Assembly: GCA_963813815.1 (NCBI GenBank) | Contig: CAWFAD010000016.1 | Span: 448,001-512,000 of the forward strand | Source of the DNA: an uncultured bacterium | Lineage (GTDB): Bacteria; Krumholzibacteriota; Krumholzibacteriia; Krumholzibacteriales; Krumholzibacteriaceae | DNA length: 64,000 nt | Reading direction: 5' to 3' | Shown: in pieces, positions 28,225-37,679 of the stretch | How the letters are laid out: each line of letters starts with the position of its first letter | Position numbering within the stretch: position 1 is the stretch's first letter | Position numbers and translations under genes: made by a program | The notes under the pieces: generated by a model | Databases searched by the model: none | Told to the model about the DNA's origin: nothing | The model's input: only the letters and a program-made list of their open reading frames with translations

Positions 28225-30263
28225 GACGCTCCTTTCGCGGGAGGGGGCGCTCCCGCGCCTGACGGCGGCGCCGGTTTCGGTCCCGCCGGAGCCCCCGGCC
28301 GGGCGGCCGCCCTCGCCGGAAAGCGAACGGTGAAAGTCGTTCCGGCGCCCGGCTTGCTCTTGACCGATATCGCGCCTCCGTGCTCCTCGACGATGCGATA
28401 GACGATGGCGAGGCCGAGCCCCGTGCCGCCCTTCGCGCGCTTCGTGGTGAAGAACGGGTCGAATATCTGCTTGAGGGTTTTCTCGTTCATCCCGGCTCCG
28501 TTGTCCTCGACCTCGAACAGAACGCCTCCGTCCTCGGAGCTCGTCCGCACGGTGATGAGGCCGCGAACGTCGTCCCGCATGGCCTGCCCGGCGTTCACGA
28601 GGAGGTTCACGAGCACCTGCTCGATCTTCTGGGCGTTGCCGGCGAACGTGGGAAGGCCATCGGCGAGATCGAGCTTGATGTCGGCGTGCTTGTGGATCTC
28701 GTTGTGCACGAGCCGCGCGCCCGCTTCGATGAGGGTGTTCATGTCGATCGTGTCGACGAGAAGCCCCTCGTCCTTGCGGGCGAAGGTGCGGAGCCCCTCG
28801 ACGATCCCCTTGATCCGCGTCGAGCCGTGGTCCATGTCGTCGATGAGCGTCATGATGTGCTTGCGGAAGAAATCGTAGTTGAGCTTGGCCACCTTCAGGT
28901 CGGGATGCGCCTTTTGGTATTCGTCCATGACGGGGAGCATGTCCTCGAGCGCCTGCTTCAGTATCTTGACGTTGCCGCGGATGAACTGGTTCGGGTTGTT
29001 GATCTCGTGGCCGATGCCGCTCACGAGCTGCCCGAGCGAGGCGAGCTTGTCCGCCTGCTGGAGCTGCTGCTCGTACGTTTTCTCGAGGGTGACGTCGCGG
29101 TAGTACTCCATGATCCCCTCGACCTCGTGATCCTTGTTGTAGACGGGAAGCGCGTGGACCTCGAGGAACTTGTTGTCGAGCTTCATCGTGAGGGTGACGG
29201 GAGCCTTGTCGCGCATGATGCGGGCGAGGCGGCAGTCCTCGCACGGGCGCTCGCGGTTGAAGAAGCTCGCGTAGCAGAAATTCCCGGGCTGTATGTCCGC
29301 GCGGTTCGTCATGACGACCTTGTGGCGCGGATCGATGAGCACGACCTCGTCGGGAATCGCCTTGAACATCGTCTCGAGGGTCGCCCGCGACTCTTCCCAT
29401 CCTCCCTTGACGCGATCGAGGTACGAGTTGACGACCTGCAGCTTCTGTCTCTGCTCCTCGAGCTGCCGCGTGCGCTCGGCGATCTCGCGCTCGAGCTCCT
29501 CGAGGTGTTTCTTGAATCCAGCTTCCTCGCGCTGCTTGGAGATGAGGTTTTCCTTGAGCTCCTTGCGGTCGAGGGCGAGGTTGAGCATGCGGGCGATCTC
29601 GTCGAGCATGCGCTGCTCCTCGGGAAGGAGCTTGCGGTTCTCGTCGTGATATCCGACTCGGATCTCGCCCTTGTCCCGGTCGCCGATCACGAGGTGGACC
29701 GACAGGTAGTTGCTCGACGACGGTTTCTGCCCGTATTCGATCCCCTGATAGACGGAATACACGACTGCCTCGTCCGGATAGAGCATGCCGGGGGCGAGAT
29801 AGCGCGGAAGGTCGGTGAAGAACTCGCTGATCGAGTTCGACACCTCGATCCACTCCGCGACGTCGTACAGGCAGGTGAGCTCCTTGACGCGCTCGGCCTT
29901 TTCCCATTCCTGCGGGTTCCGCAGGGTGTTGAGCTTGTTTCCGAAGAAGATGTAGATGCCGCCCGAATCGGTCTTGCCGTATCCGGCCCGGAGCGGCAGG
30001 GGACGCACGTTTTCGCGCGCGGCCGCGAGAATGGCGATCGCGCGGTTGCCGACGCGCGCCTGCGCCATCGCCGAATGGAAGGTGGCGAGCGAATCGGCGG
30101 CGAGGATGTCGCCGAGCGTGCGGTCGCCGAACGAGGACTGTCCCCCGAAGCTGTCGCGGGAGAGTATCGGGCTCGCGTGGACGATGCGCTCGTTCTCGTC
30201 GGCGGCGAGCAGATAGTCGAAACTGCTCTCCATGAGGGAGTAGAGGTCGTCGATCCTGATCAT
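28221..30263 (-). CDS. Cytoplasmic PAS/GAF-like sensor histidine kinase
   Basis: H-box GIGHEINNP, N-box NLLVNA, DNGAG, FFTTK, GTGLGL; no TM segments. Confidence 0.92.
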   Translation of the reverse strand: MIRIDDLYSLMESSFDYLLAADENERIVHASPILSRDSFGGQSSFGDRTLGDILAADSLATFHSAMAQARVGNRAIAILAAARENVRPLPLRAGYGKTDSGGIYIFFGNKLNTLRNPQEWEKAERVKELTCLYDVAEWIEVSNSISEFFTDLPRYLAPGMLYPDEAVVYSVYQGIEYGQKPSSSNYLSVHLVIGDRDKGEIRVGYHDENRKLLPEEQRMLDEIARMLNLALDRKELKENLISKQREEAGFKKHLEELEREIAERTRQLEEQRQKLQVVNSYLDRVKGGWEESRATLETMFKAIPDEVVLIDPRHKVVMTNRADIQPGNFCYASFFNRERPCEDCRLARIMRDKAPVTLTMKLDNKFLEVHALPVYNKDHEVEGIMEYYRDVTLEKTYEQQLQQADKLASLGQLVSGIGHEINNPNQFIRGNVKILKQALEDMLPVMDEYQKAHPDLKVAKLNYDFFRKHIMTLIDDMDHGSTRIKGIVEGLRTFARKDEGLLVDTIDMNTLIEAGARLVHNEIHKHADIKLDLADGLPTFAGNAQKIEQVLVNLLVNAGQAMRDDVRGLITVRTSSEDGGVLFEVEDNGAGMNEKTLKQIFDPFFTTKRAKGGTGLGLAIVYRIVEEHGGAISVKSKPGAGTTFTVRFPARAAARPGAPAGPKPAPPSGAGAPPPAKGAS

Positions 30264-30288
30264 GCGGGCTCCTCTCCCCGGAGAGACG

Positions 30289-33200
30289 CTATCGTCTCAC
30301 GCGGAACCGTCCCGTTCCCACTTCCCTGATCTCGCGCTTGTACTTCCCGCCGTGCGTGAGCGGCGGCATGATCACGCCCGTCTCGACGACGGCGCCCGTC
30401 GGCACGAGGCGCACCTTCGCCGGGAAGACTCGCTCCTGCCCCGTGTTCCAGTAGAAGCGCGCGAGGTCGCCGAGCTTCTCTCTCACGAGCGCCTCGATCG
30501 AGGCCGTCGTGTCCTCCGGAATCGCGATTCCGAGCTCCGCGGCGAGCCCCGCGAGGACCTCGCGGCCGGATACCCCGGCGCCCGGCTCCATCGCGCGGGC
30601 GTACTCGACGAGCGAGCCTTCGAAGTTGCACCGCGTCCCGGCGGTCTCGAGGAAGGTCGATCCGGGGAGCACGACGTCGGCGTACTGCGTCGTCTCCGTG
30701 CTCGCCCAGTCCATCGCCGCGAGGAACTCGACGTTCCGGAACCATTCGCCGGTGGTTCCCCAGGCCATCGGATCTTCGCCGATGATGAGCGCCGCCTTGA
30801 TCTCGCCGGCGGCGAGCAGCCCCCGGAGCTCCTCGCGGCTTCTCGCGCCCGCGACGCCCGCGGGATGCGGCGCGCGTCCGGGGCCGAAGGCCGGATCGGC
30901 GCCCATGAGCTCGAGCGCGGCGCTGTTCGCGTGGAGCCGCGGCAGCAACAGGTCCGCCTCGACGCCGGCGGCGCGCAGCAGGATCGCGAGGTTCGCGAAC
31001 GTTTCCAGGTCGCCCGGGGCTTGATCCTGAACGCGGTCCGGGCTGTGAATGACGACGACCCGGCGGGCCTCCTTCACGAGGGCGGCGGCGGCGCGGATCT
31101 TTTCCGCGGCGACGCCCGTGAGGGCGGCGACGCGGTCGAGCGCGAAGTCGCGGCTCTTGAGAAATTCCTTCGCTCCGGCGATCTTTTTCACCGCGGCGCT
31201 CTTGATCCATCCCTCGTCGACGAGGATCTGGATCACGCCGTTCCACAGGATCGCGGCCCTCCCGCGCATCGGGTCGAGCGAGAGCGTCGAGAGGACCTCG
31301 TCGGTCGTGTCGAGGGTCGAGTTCGAGACGATGAGCTTCGCGCCGCTGCGCACCGATTCGATGACCCTCGCCGCGAGGATGAGGTGATCCGACTCGAGGG
31401 AGGTGTTGTTGCAGATGACGAGGTCGGCGTGGTCGATGGCGCTTCGGTCGGCGGTCGAGGCGGTGAACCCGAGCGATTCGTCGAGGACGCCCGCCTCGGT
31501 CCCCGTCCCGAGGATCGAGAGGGAGGCGACGTTGTTGGTGCCGAGGCCCTCGCGCGCGATGCGCGAGGCCAGGTACAGCTCCTCGTTCGTGAGCTCGGGC
31601 GAGGCGAACACGGCGACCTTTCCCGGGCCGTGGGCGGCGGCGACGCGTCGAAGTCCGTGGACGACGAGCTTCTGGGCCTCGCAGAGATCGCCGGTCTGGA
31701 TCTCGCTGCCGCGGCGGATCTCCGGGGCCGCGATCCGGCGGCGCTTGATGAAGAGCTCGTTGCCGAAGCGTCCGTAGCGGCAGAGGTAATCGCCGGGGAT
31801 GCCGGAGGGCGCGACGTACCAGCGGCCGGGACCGAAGCTCTTTACGGTCATCGAACACGCGAGCGAGCAGAGGGCGCAGTGCGTAGAGGCGTCCTCGGTC
31901 TCGAGGCAGGCGCGCCCCGGGAAGGGGTACTTGATCGTGAGCGCCCCCGTCGGGCACGAGTCGACGCAGTTGCCGCAGGAGACGCAGCTCGTCTCGACGA
32001 GCGGATCGTTGAGGGCGGGACGCATCTCGGTGCGGAATCCGCGGCCGACGAGGCCGAGCGCGGAGATGGGGAGCACGCGCGCGCACGTACGGATGCACCG
32101 CGAGCAGAGAATGCACTTGTTCGGATCGTAGACGATGTACGGATGCCGGTCGTCGACCTTGTGCTTGCGGACGAGCCCCTTGAAGCGGGACAGGTCGATG
32201 CCGTGTTCCTCCGCGTAGATGCGGAGGAGGCAGGTGTCGAAGCGCAGACAGCCGCACGAGAGACAGCGGTCGCATTCGTGGACGTTGTCCTCGAACTCGA
32301 AGCCCGTTGCGACTTCGGCGAAGCTGCCGCGGCGCGACTCGACGTCGATCTGGTGGATCTCGTGGCGGGGGCTTTCCTTGATATCGCCGAGCTCGGCCTT
32401 GCCGGGCTTGCTCCAGAGCTCCTTTTTTACGATGAACGGGCGCGCCGCGGGGGCGTTCCCTGCGAGGAACGCGTCGACGGCCCGGGCGGCCCGCTGGCCG
32501 TCCGCGATCGCGTCGATGACGACCGTCGGACCGTCGTCGGCGGCGTCGCCGCCGGCGAAGACGCCCTTTACGTTCGTCGAAAGCGTCTCGGGGTCGATGA
32601 CGAAGGTGTTCCATTTCGTGAGGGCCACCGCGCCTCCGCGAGCCGCCGTGAGGCCCGCGAGCTCGGTCGCCTGTCCGATCGCCGACACGGCCATATGGCA
32701 GGGAAGGTCGAACTCGGAGCCTTCGAGCGGGATCGGCCGCCTCCTTCCCGAGCTGTCGGGCTCGCCGAGCTTCATCCGCTGGCAGCGCAGCGCCTTGAGC
32801 TTTCCCGACTCGTTCTTGACGATGCCGACGGGAGCGGCGAGCTCCATGATCTCGATCCCCTCGTGGAGGCAGTCCTCGATCTCCATCCTGTCGGCGGGCA
32901 TCTCGTCCTTCGTTCTGCGGTAGAGAATGATGACCTTGTCCGCGCCGAGGCGCCACGAGGTGCGGGCCACGTCCATCGCGGTGTTGCCGCCGCCCACGAC
33001 GACGACGGTTCCCGAGAGGGGGGTCGGGCGGTCGGTCTGCTCGGGGAGAAACTCCGCGCCCTGAACGACGCCCTGCGTGTCGAACTCTCCTTCGACGCGC
33101 ATCGGATTGCCCGCCCACGCGCCCGGTCCGAGAAAGACCGCGTCGTGCGTTTTCATGAGCTCGTCGAGCGAGACGTTCTTCCCGACGCGGGTGTTGTATT

Positions 33201-33978
33201 TGATCTCGCCGCCGGCCCGGCAGATGTACTCCACCTCGCGGTCGAGCGCGTCGTCGGGAAGGCGATAGACGGGGATTCCGTAACGGAGCATGCCTCCCGA
33301 ACGCGGCATCGCCTCGTACATGAGGGGCTTGTGCCCCCGCCGCCCGAGGAACCACGCCGCGGTGAGCCCCGCCGGCCCGGCGCCGACGATCGCGACTCGT
33401 TTTCCCGTCGGCGGATCGCAGACGGGAGAGCCGTCGTACACGCCGGGCTGATCGGTCACGAAGCGTTTGATCGCGTTGATGCCGACCGCGGAGTCGACGT
33501 CGACGCGGCGGCAGACGACCTCGCATTTGCGGACGCACACGCGGCCGCAGATCGCCGGCAGCGGGTTCGTCTCGCGGATGAGATCGACGGCGCGGCGGTA
33601 GAGCCCCATCGCCGAGAGCGCTATGTACCCCTGCGCGTCGACGTGCGCGGGGCAACCCTCCATGCACGGCGAGACGCAATCGGCGTAATGATTCGATATG
33701 AGGAGCTCGAGGGCGGTGCGCCGCGAGCGCATGATGCGGTCGTTGCGCGTCGTCACCTCGATGCCCGGCGCGACCCGCGTCGCGCACGCCGGCACGAGGT
33801 TCGGGCGGCCCTTGATCTCGACCACGCAGAGGAAGCACGAGGCGTAGGGCTCGAGCTCGCTCGAATGGCAGAGCGTCGGGATGGCGTCGATCTCGCGCTC
33901 GCGAACGACCTCGAGGATCGTCTTGCCCGCCGCCGCCTCGACGTCCCGGCCGTTGATCTTCAGCTTCACGGTATCCAT
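30289..33978 (-). CDS. StnC-like large subunit: 2Fe-2S + GltD-like FAD/NADP(H) + 2x4Fe-4S + degenerate NuoG/molybdopterin-fold domain
   Basis: IPTLC..SCFLCVV..AC; CGRVC; GAGPAG; GGGNTAMD..YRR; CILCSRCIRTC, CVSCGNCVDSCP; CALCSLAC..LC; ADVVLP. Alternative GTG start at 33993. Confidence 0.85.
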   Translation of the reverse strand: MDTVKLKINGRDVEAAAGKTILEVVREREIDAIPTLCHSSELEPYASCFLCVVEIKGRPNLVPACATRVAPGIEVTTRNDRIMRSRRTALELLISNHYADCVSPCMEGCPAHVDAQGYIALSAMGLYRRAVDLIRETNPLPAICGRVCVRKCEVVCRRVDVDSAVGINAIKRFVTDQPGVYDGSPVCDPPTGKRVAIVGAGPAGLTAAWFLGRRGHKPLMYEAMPRSGGMLRYGIPVYRLPDDALDREVEYICRAGGEIKYNTRVGKNVSLDELMKTHDAVFLGPGAWAGNPMRVEGEFDTQGVVQGAEFLPEQTDRPTPLSGTVVVVGGGNTAMDVARTSWRLGADKVIILYRRTKDEMPADRMEIEDCLHEGIEIMELAAPVGIVKNESGKLKALRCQRMKLGEPDSSGRRRPIPLEGSEFDLPCHMAVSAIGQATELAGLTAARGGAVALTKWNTFVIDPETLSTNVKGVFAGGDAADDGPTVVIDAIADGQRAARAVDAFLAGNAPAARPFIVKKELWSKPGKAELGDIKESPRHEIHQIDVESRRGSFAEVATGFEFEDNVHECDRCLSCGCLRFDTCLLRIYAEEHGIDLSRFKGLVRKHKVDDRHPYIVYDPNKCILCSRCIRTCARVLPISALGLVGRGFRTEMRPALNDPLVETSCVSCGNCVDSCPTGALTIKYPFPGRACLETEDASTHCALCSLACSMTVKSFGPGRWYVAPSGIPGDYLCRYGRFGNELFIKRRRIAAPEIRRGSEIQTGDLCEAQKLVVHGLRRVAAAHGPGKVAVFASPELTNEELYLASRIAREGLGTNNVASLSILGTGTEAGVLDESLGFTASTADRSAIDHADLVICNNTSLESDHLILAARVIESVRSGAKLIVSNSTLDTTDEVLSTLSLDPMRGRAAILWNGVIQILVDEGWIKSAAVKKIAGAKEFLKSRDFALDRVAALTGVAAEKIRAAAALVKEARRVVVIHSPDRVQDQAPGDLETFANLAILLRAAGVEADLLLPRLHANSAALELMGADPAFGPGRAPHPAGVAGARSREELRGLLAAGEIKAALIIGEDPMAWGTTGEWFRNVEFLAAMDWASTETTQYADVVLPGSTFLETAGTRCNFEGSLVEYARAMEPGAGVSGREVLAGLAAELGIAIPEDTTASIEALVREKLGDLARFYWNTGQERVFPAKVRLVPTGAVVETGVIMPPLTHGGKYKREIREVGTGRFRVRR

Positions 33979-33989
33979 CCGCTGTTCCC

Positions 33990-35768
33990 TCACTTTTTAT
34001 AGATAGCGCCGAAGCTGCAGCTCGTGATGCATTTGCCGCACTTGGCGCACACCGACGTGTCGATGACGTGCACCTTTTTCCGCTCGCCCGAGATCGCGTT
34101 CACGGGACAATGCTTCGCGCAGACCGTGCACCCCGTGCACGTTTCGGGATCGATGGCGAAATCGACGAGCGCGAGACAGCTGGCCGCCGGGCATCGTTTG
34201 TGCGCGATGTGGGCCTCGTACTCGTCCGCGAAGTACTTGATCGTCGTGAGCACCGGGTTCGGCGCGGTTTGGCCGAGGCCGCAGAGGCTCGACTCCTTGA
34301 TCCGGGCGCCGAGCTCGAGGAGTTTCGGCACGTCCTCCGGCCGCCCCTCGCCCTGCGTGATCCGCGTGAGGATCTCGAGCATGCGCAGCGTGCCGATGCG
34401 GCAGAAGGTGCACTTTCCGCACGATTCGTTCTGCGTGAAGTCGAGGAAGAATCGCGCCATCTCGACCATGCACGTCTGGTCGTCCATGACGACGAGGCCG
34501 CCCGAGCCCATGATGGCGCCCGTGGCCGGGATCGACTCGAAATCGACGGAGGTCGCGCCGAGCGACGCCGGTATGCAGCCGCCCGAGGGGCCGCCCATCT
34601 GCACTGCCTTGAACGTCCGGTCCTCCTTGATGCCGCCGCCGATCTTGAAGACGAGGTCGTTGATCGGGATCCCCATCGGCACCTCGGCGAGACCGCCGTT
34701 CTTGACCTTCCCCGCGAGCGCGAACACCTTGGTGCCGCGGCTCTTTTCCGTTCCGTATCGCGCGTAGGCGGCGGCGCCGTTCACGATGATCCAGGGGACG
34801 TTCGCGTAGGTCTCGACGTTGTTGTTGTTCGTCGGCTTGGCCCAGAGCCCCTTCTCGGCGGGGAACGGCGGGCGTATGCGCGGCATCCCGCGCTTGCCCT
34901 CGATCGACTGGAAGAGCGCCGTTTCCTCGCCGCAAACGAAGGCACCGGCCCCCTGCTTGATCTTGACGTCGAAGTCGAAGCCCGATCCGAGAATGTTCTT
35001 TCCGAGGTAGCCCTTCGCGCGCGCCGCCTCGAGCGCGATCGTGAGGCGCTTGATCGCCATCGGGTACTCGGCGCGGCAGTAGATGTAGCCGGCGCAGGCG
35101 CCGATCGCCCGGCCGCAGACGAGCATTCCCTCGATGACGGAGTGCGGGTCGCCCTCGAGCACGGAACGGTCCATGAAGGCGCCCGGATCCCCCTCGTCGG
35201 CGTTGCAGACGACGTACTTGACGTCGCTCTTCTGGGAAGCGGCGAACGACCACTTGAGCCCCGTCGGGAACCCCGCGCCGCCGCGTCCGCGGAGCCCCGA
35301 GTCCTTGATCTCCTTGATGATGGCGTCGGGCTGCATCTCGAAGAGCGCCTTCCGGAGCGCCCGGTAGCCTCCGGCGGACTCGTATTCGTCGATCGACTCG
35401 GGATCGATGAGGCCGCAGTTGCGGAGCACGATCCGCACCTGCCCGCGCTGCGCGGGGGCCTCGGATCCCCCGATCTCCGCGTTCGGGCTCATGCGGAGCG
35501 CCACGTGCTCTTCGATGACGCGCCCGCCCTTGATATGCTCGGCGAATATCTCGTCCACGAGCTCCGGGGTGACCGCGCCGTACACGACGCGGCTGCCGTT
35601 CTCCCGGATCTCGACGAGCGGCTCGCGGTAGCACATGCCGATGCAGCCGGAGCTCTTGAGCTCGAAAGCGCCCGGGTTCGCGGAGAGCAGCTCGCCGAGC
35701 CTGTCGTAGGTCTTCTGCGATCCGGCCGACAGGCCGCAGGTGCTCATTCCCACTATGACTTGTTTCAT
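33990..35768 (-). CDS. nuoF: HydB/NuoF/StnB-like FMN NADH-binding subunit (not part of a complex I operon)
   Basis: GLRGRGGAGFPTG, NADEGDPGAFMDRS, GAFVCGEETAL, GGPSGGC, ESCGKCTFC, C-terminal 2x[4Fe-4S]. Confidence 0.93.
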   Translation of the reverse strand: MKQVIVGMSTCGLSAGSQKTYDRLGELLSANPGAFELKSSGCIGMCYREPLVEIRENGSRVVYGAVTPELVDEIFAEHIKGGRVIEEHVALRMSPNAEIGGSEAPAQRGQVRIVLRNCGLIDPESIDEYESAGGYRALRKALFEMQPDAIIKEIKDSGLRGRGGAGFPTGLKWSFAASQKSDVKYVVCNADEGDPGAFMDRSVLEGDPHSVIEGMLVCGRAIGACAGYIYCRAEYPMAIKRLTIALEAARAKGYLGKNILGSGFDFDVKIKQGAGAFVCGEETALFQSIEGKRGMPRIRPPFPAEKGLWAKPTNNNNVETYANVPWIIVNGAAAYARYGTEKSRGTKVFALAGKVKNGGLAEVPMGIPINDLVFKIGGGIKEDRTFKAVQMGGPSGGCIPASLGATSVDFESIPATGAIMGSGGLVVMDDQTCMVEMARFFLDFTQNESCGKCTFCRIGTLRMLEILTRITQGEGRPEDVPKLLELGARIKESSLCGLGQTAPNPVLTTIKYFADEYEAHIAHKRCPAASCLALVDFAIDPETCTGCTVCAKHCPVNAISGERKKVHVIDTSVCAKCGKCITSCSFGAIYKK

Positions 35769-35817
35769 CGATCGTCTCCGGAGTATGGGTGATGGATCTT
35801 TCCCCGCCGCGCGGGTT

Positions 35818-36333
35818 CTAGGCCTGGGCGCACGAGGCGTCCTTGCGGCGCGCCGTCTCCTCGCGTCTGCGGTAGTCGCGCAGCAGCTTGCGGGTCGACT
35901 GCGGCGTGAGCTTGCCGTGCGTGTCGTCGTTGATCATCATCACCGGAGCGAGCGAGCAGCAGCCGAGACAGGCGACGGTCTGGAGGGTGAAGAGGCCGTC
36001 CTCCGTCGTGCCGTTCACCTCGATGCCGAGCTCGTCCTCGATCGTGTCGATGATCGTTCGCGAGTTCTGCACGTGGCACGCCGTTCCGTCGCACGCCTTG
36101 ATGACGTATTTTCCCATCGGCTGGAGGCGGAACTGGCTGTAAAAGGTTATGACGCCGTACACCTCGGACTCCGGCACGCCGGTCACCTCCGAGATGTAGC
36201 TGATGGCGCGCCGCGGAATGTAGCCGAAGTGATCCTGCGCCGATTGCAGGAGCGGGATCAGCTCTCCGGGAGCTCCGTCGTAGCGCCACAGGCGATAGTT
36301 GAAATCCTCGTTTCGCGATGCCGTAGCGACCAC
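35818..36333 (-). CDS. nuoE: HydC/NuoE/StnA-like 2Fe-2S subunit
   Basis: VITFYSQF, CDGTACH, CLGCCSLAP. Confidence 0.92.
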   Translation of the reverse strand: MVATASRNEDFNYRLWRYDGAPGELIPLLQSAQDHFGYIPRRAISYISEVTGVPESEVYGVITFYSQFRLQPMGKYVIKACDGTACHVQNSRTIIDTIEDELGIEVNGTTEDGLFTLQTVACLGCCSLAPVMMINDDTHGKLTPQSTRKLLRDYRRREETARRKDASCAQA

Positions 36334-36382
36334 CCCCTGGTTTCGATCTGCGTTCTATCGTTCGAGGCGATTCGGGATGGAA

Positions 36383-37369
36383 TCAATCTTCGACGAGCTT
36401 GATCACGGTCGCTTCGCGCACGCGCAGCACGCCGTCGATCTGAGCGAGCTTTTCGACGATGCGCGGCATCTTGCCGACGGCGCCCTGCCCCGTCACCATG
36501 CCGACGAGCTTCGTGCCGTTCTCGATGACGTCGCAGAAGACGACCTCGTCGATGAAAAAGACGGTCGTGAAGATCTGCTGGATCGCGTTCTTGTCGATGT
36601 CGACGATGATGTAGCTCGTGGTTCCGGGCTGCTTGCTCGGCGAGGCGATCCCGTGGGCCTTGACCGCCTGCGAGTAGAGGCGGATGAACTCGTTTACGTC
36701 GCGGTCGAGCTTCGGGCGCTCGACGGCCGAGGACGAGGCGATCTGGACGCCGTCCATGGCGGCGATCCGATCCTTGAGCCTCGCGATCTCATCCGCCGAG
36801 CTGGCCTGGGCGAGGATGATGATGTCGAAATCGCCGCGGACCGCTTCGCACCGCTGCACGCCGGGGAGCTGGAAGAGCTGCTTGAAGATGTCCATGCTGC
36901 GCATCGGATCGGTGATGCGGACGGTGATGTACGTGCTCACCGATTCGCGCATCTCGGGCTCGGCCGCTGCGACCGCCTTCGGCGCCTTGGTCGAACCGGG
37001 GGAGAGCTCCTCGAGCGCCTTCACGAGGTCAAGGATCTCGAACGGCTTGTCGAGGTATCCGGTGTTGAGCTCGGAGAGAGCCGTGAGCTTGAGGGCCTCG
37101 TCGCCGAATCCGGTGATGACGAGCACGGGAAGATCGGGGTACTGCATCTTGATGACCTTGAGAATCTTGAGGCCGTCGATGTCGGGCATGAAAATGTCGG
37201 TCACGAGATAGTCGTAAGAGCCGCCCTTCGCGCGGGCGTCTTCGAGCTCGTGGATCGCGGAGATGCCGTCGGGGCAAGCCACCGCGCTGAAACCTTCCTG
37301 AGTGAGTCCGATCGTGAGATTCCGCCGGATTTCGGCCTCGTCGTCGATGATGAGTACGCGCCCTTTCAA
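36383..37369 (-). CDS. Response-regulator receiver fused to two Lrp/AsnC-type (RAM) ligand-binding domains
   Basis: IIDDE..TDIFMP..DKPF; then YITVRI..LPGVQRCEAVRGDFDIII..IAAMDGV and YIIVDI..LAQIDGV; AGGAGG RBS before TTG. Confidence 0.8.
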   Translation of the reverse strand: MKGRVLIIDDEAEIRRNLTIGLTQEGFSAVACPDGISAIHELEDARAKGGSYDYLVTDIFMPDIDGLKILKVIKMQYPDLPVLVITGFGDEALKLTALSELNTGYLDKPFEILDLVKALEELSPGSTKAPKAVAAAEPEMRESVSTYITVRITDPMRSMDIFKQLFQLPGVQRCEAVRGDFDIIILAQASSADEIARLKDRIAAMDGVQIASSSAVERPKLDRDVNEFIRLYSQAVKAHGIASPSKQPGTTSYIIVDIDKNAIQQIFTTVFFIDEVVFCDVIENGTKLVGMVTGQGAVGKMPRIVEKLAQIDGVLRVREATVIKLVED

Positions 37370-37458
37370 CGGAGTCCTCCTGTTGGATTTTGAGAGGTTA
37401 CCTGATGGAAAACGCCTCTCCGGGGAGGCCGTTACAACCGATAGATGTTATGCGATTT

Positions 37459-37487
37459 AGGATAGTCGGTAAACCGTATTTTGTCAA
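37459..37487 (-). promoter_or_regulatory. sigma70 promoter of the REC-RAM/stn/HK/RR operon
   Basis: Minus strand TTGACA-N17-TATCCT; near-palindrome CGGT-AA-ACCG in the spacer. Confidence 0.65.
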
Positions 37488-37679
37488 ATTATTTCGCCCA
37501 TTCTCATCTCGCCGGAGCCGCTCCCAATCGGCGATAAACTGAGCCTCATTCACGGGCGCTGGTTCGGGATTTGCATCCGGCTCTTTTTCGATGGACATGA
37601 GGCCGCGGAGGCCTTACCTTATCTCTTTGTTTCATCGAGGGTTCGCCGATTTCGGGAGAGCCGAAGGAGGATCCGCCGG

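Noticed and set aside
30289..33978. Formate dehydrogenase, [FeFe]-hydrogenase or selenoprotein
   Set aside because: No catalytic Cys/Sec-His motif, no in-frame TGA and no H-cluster motifs.
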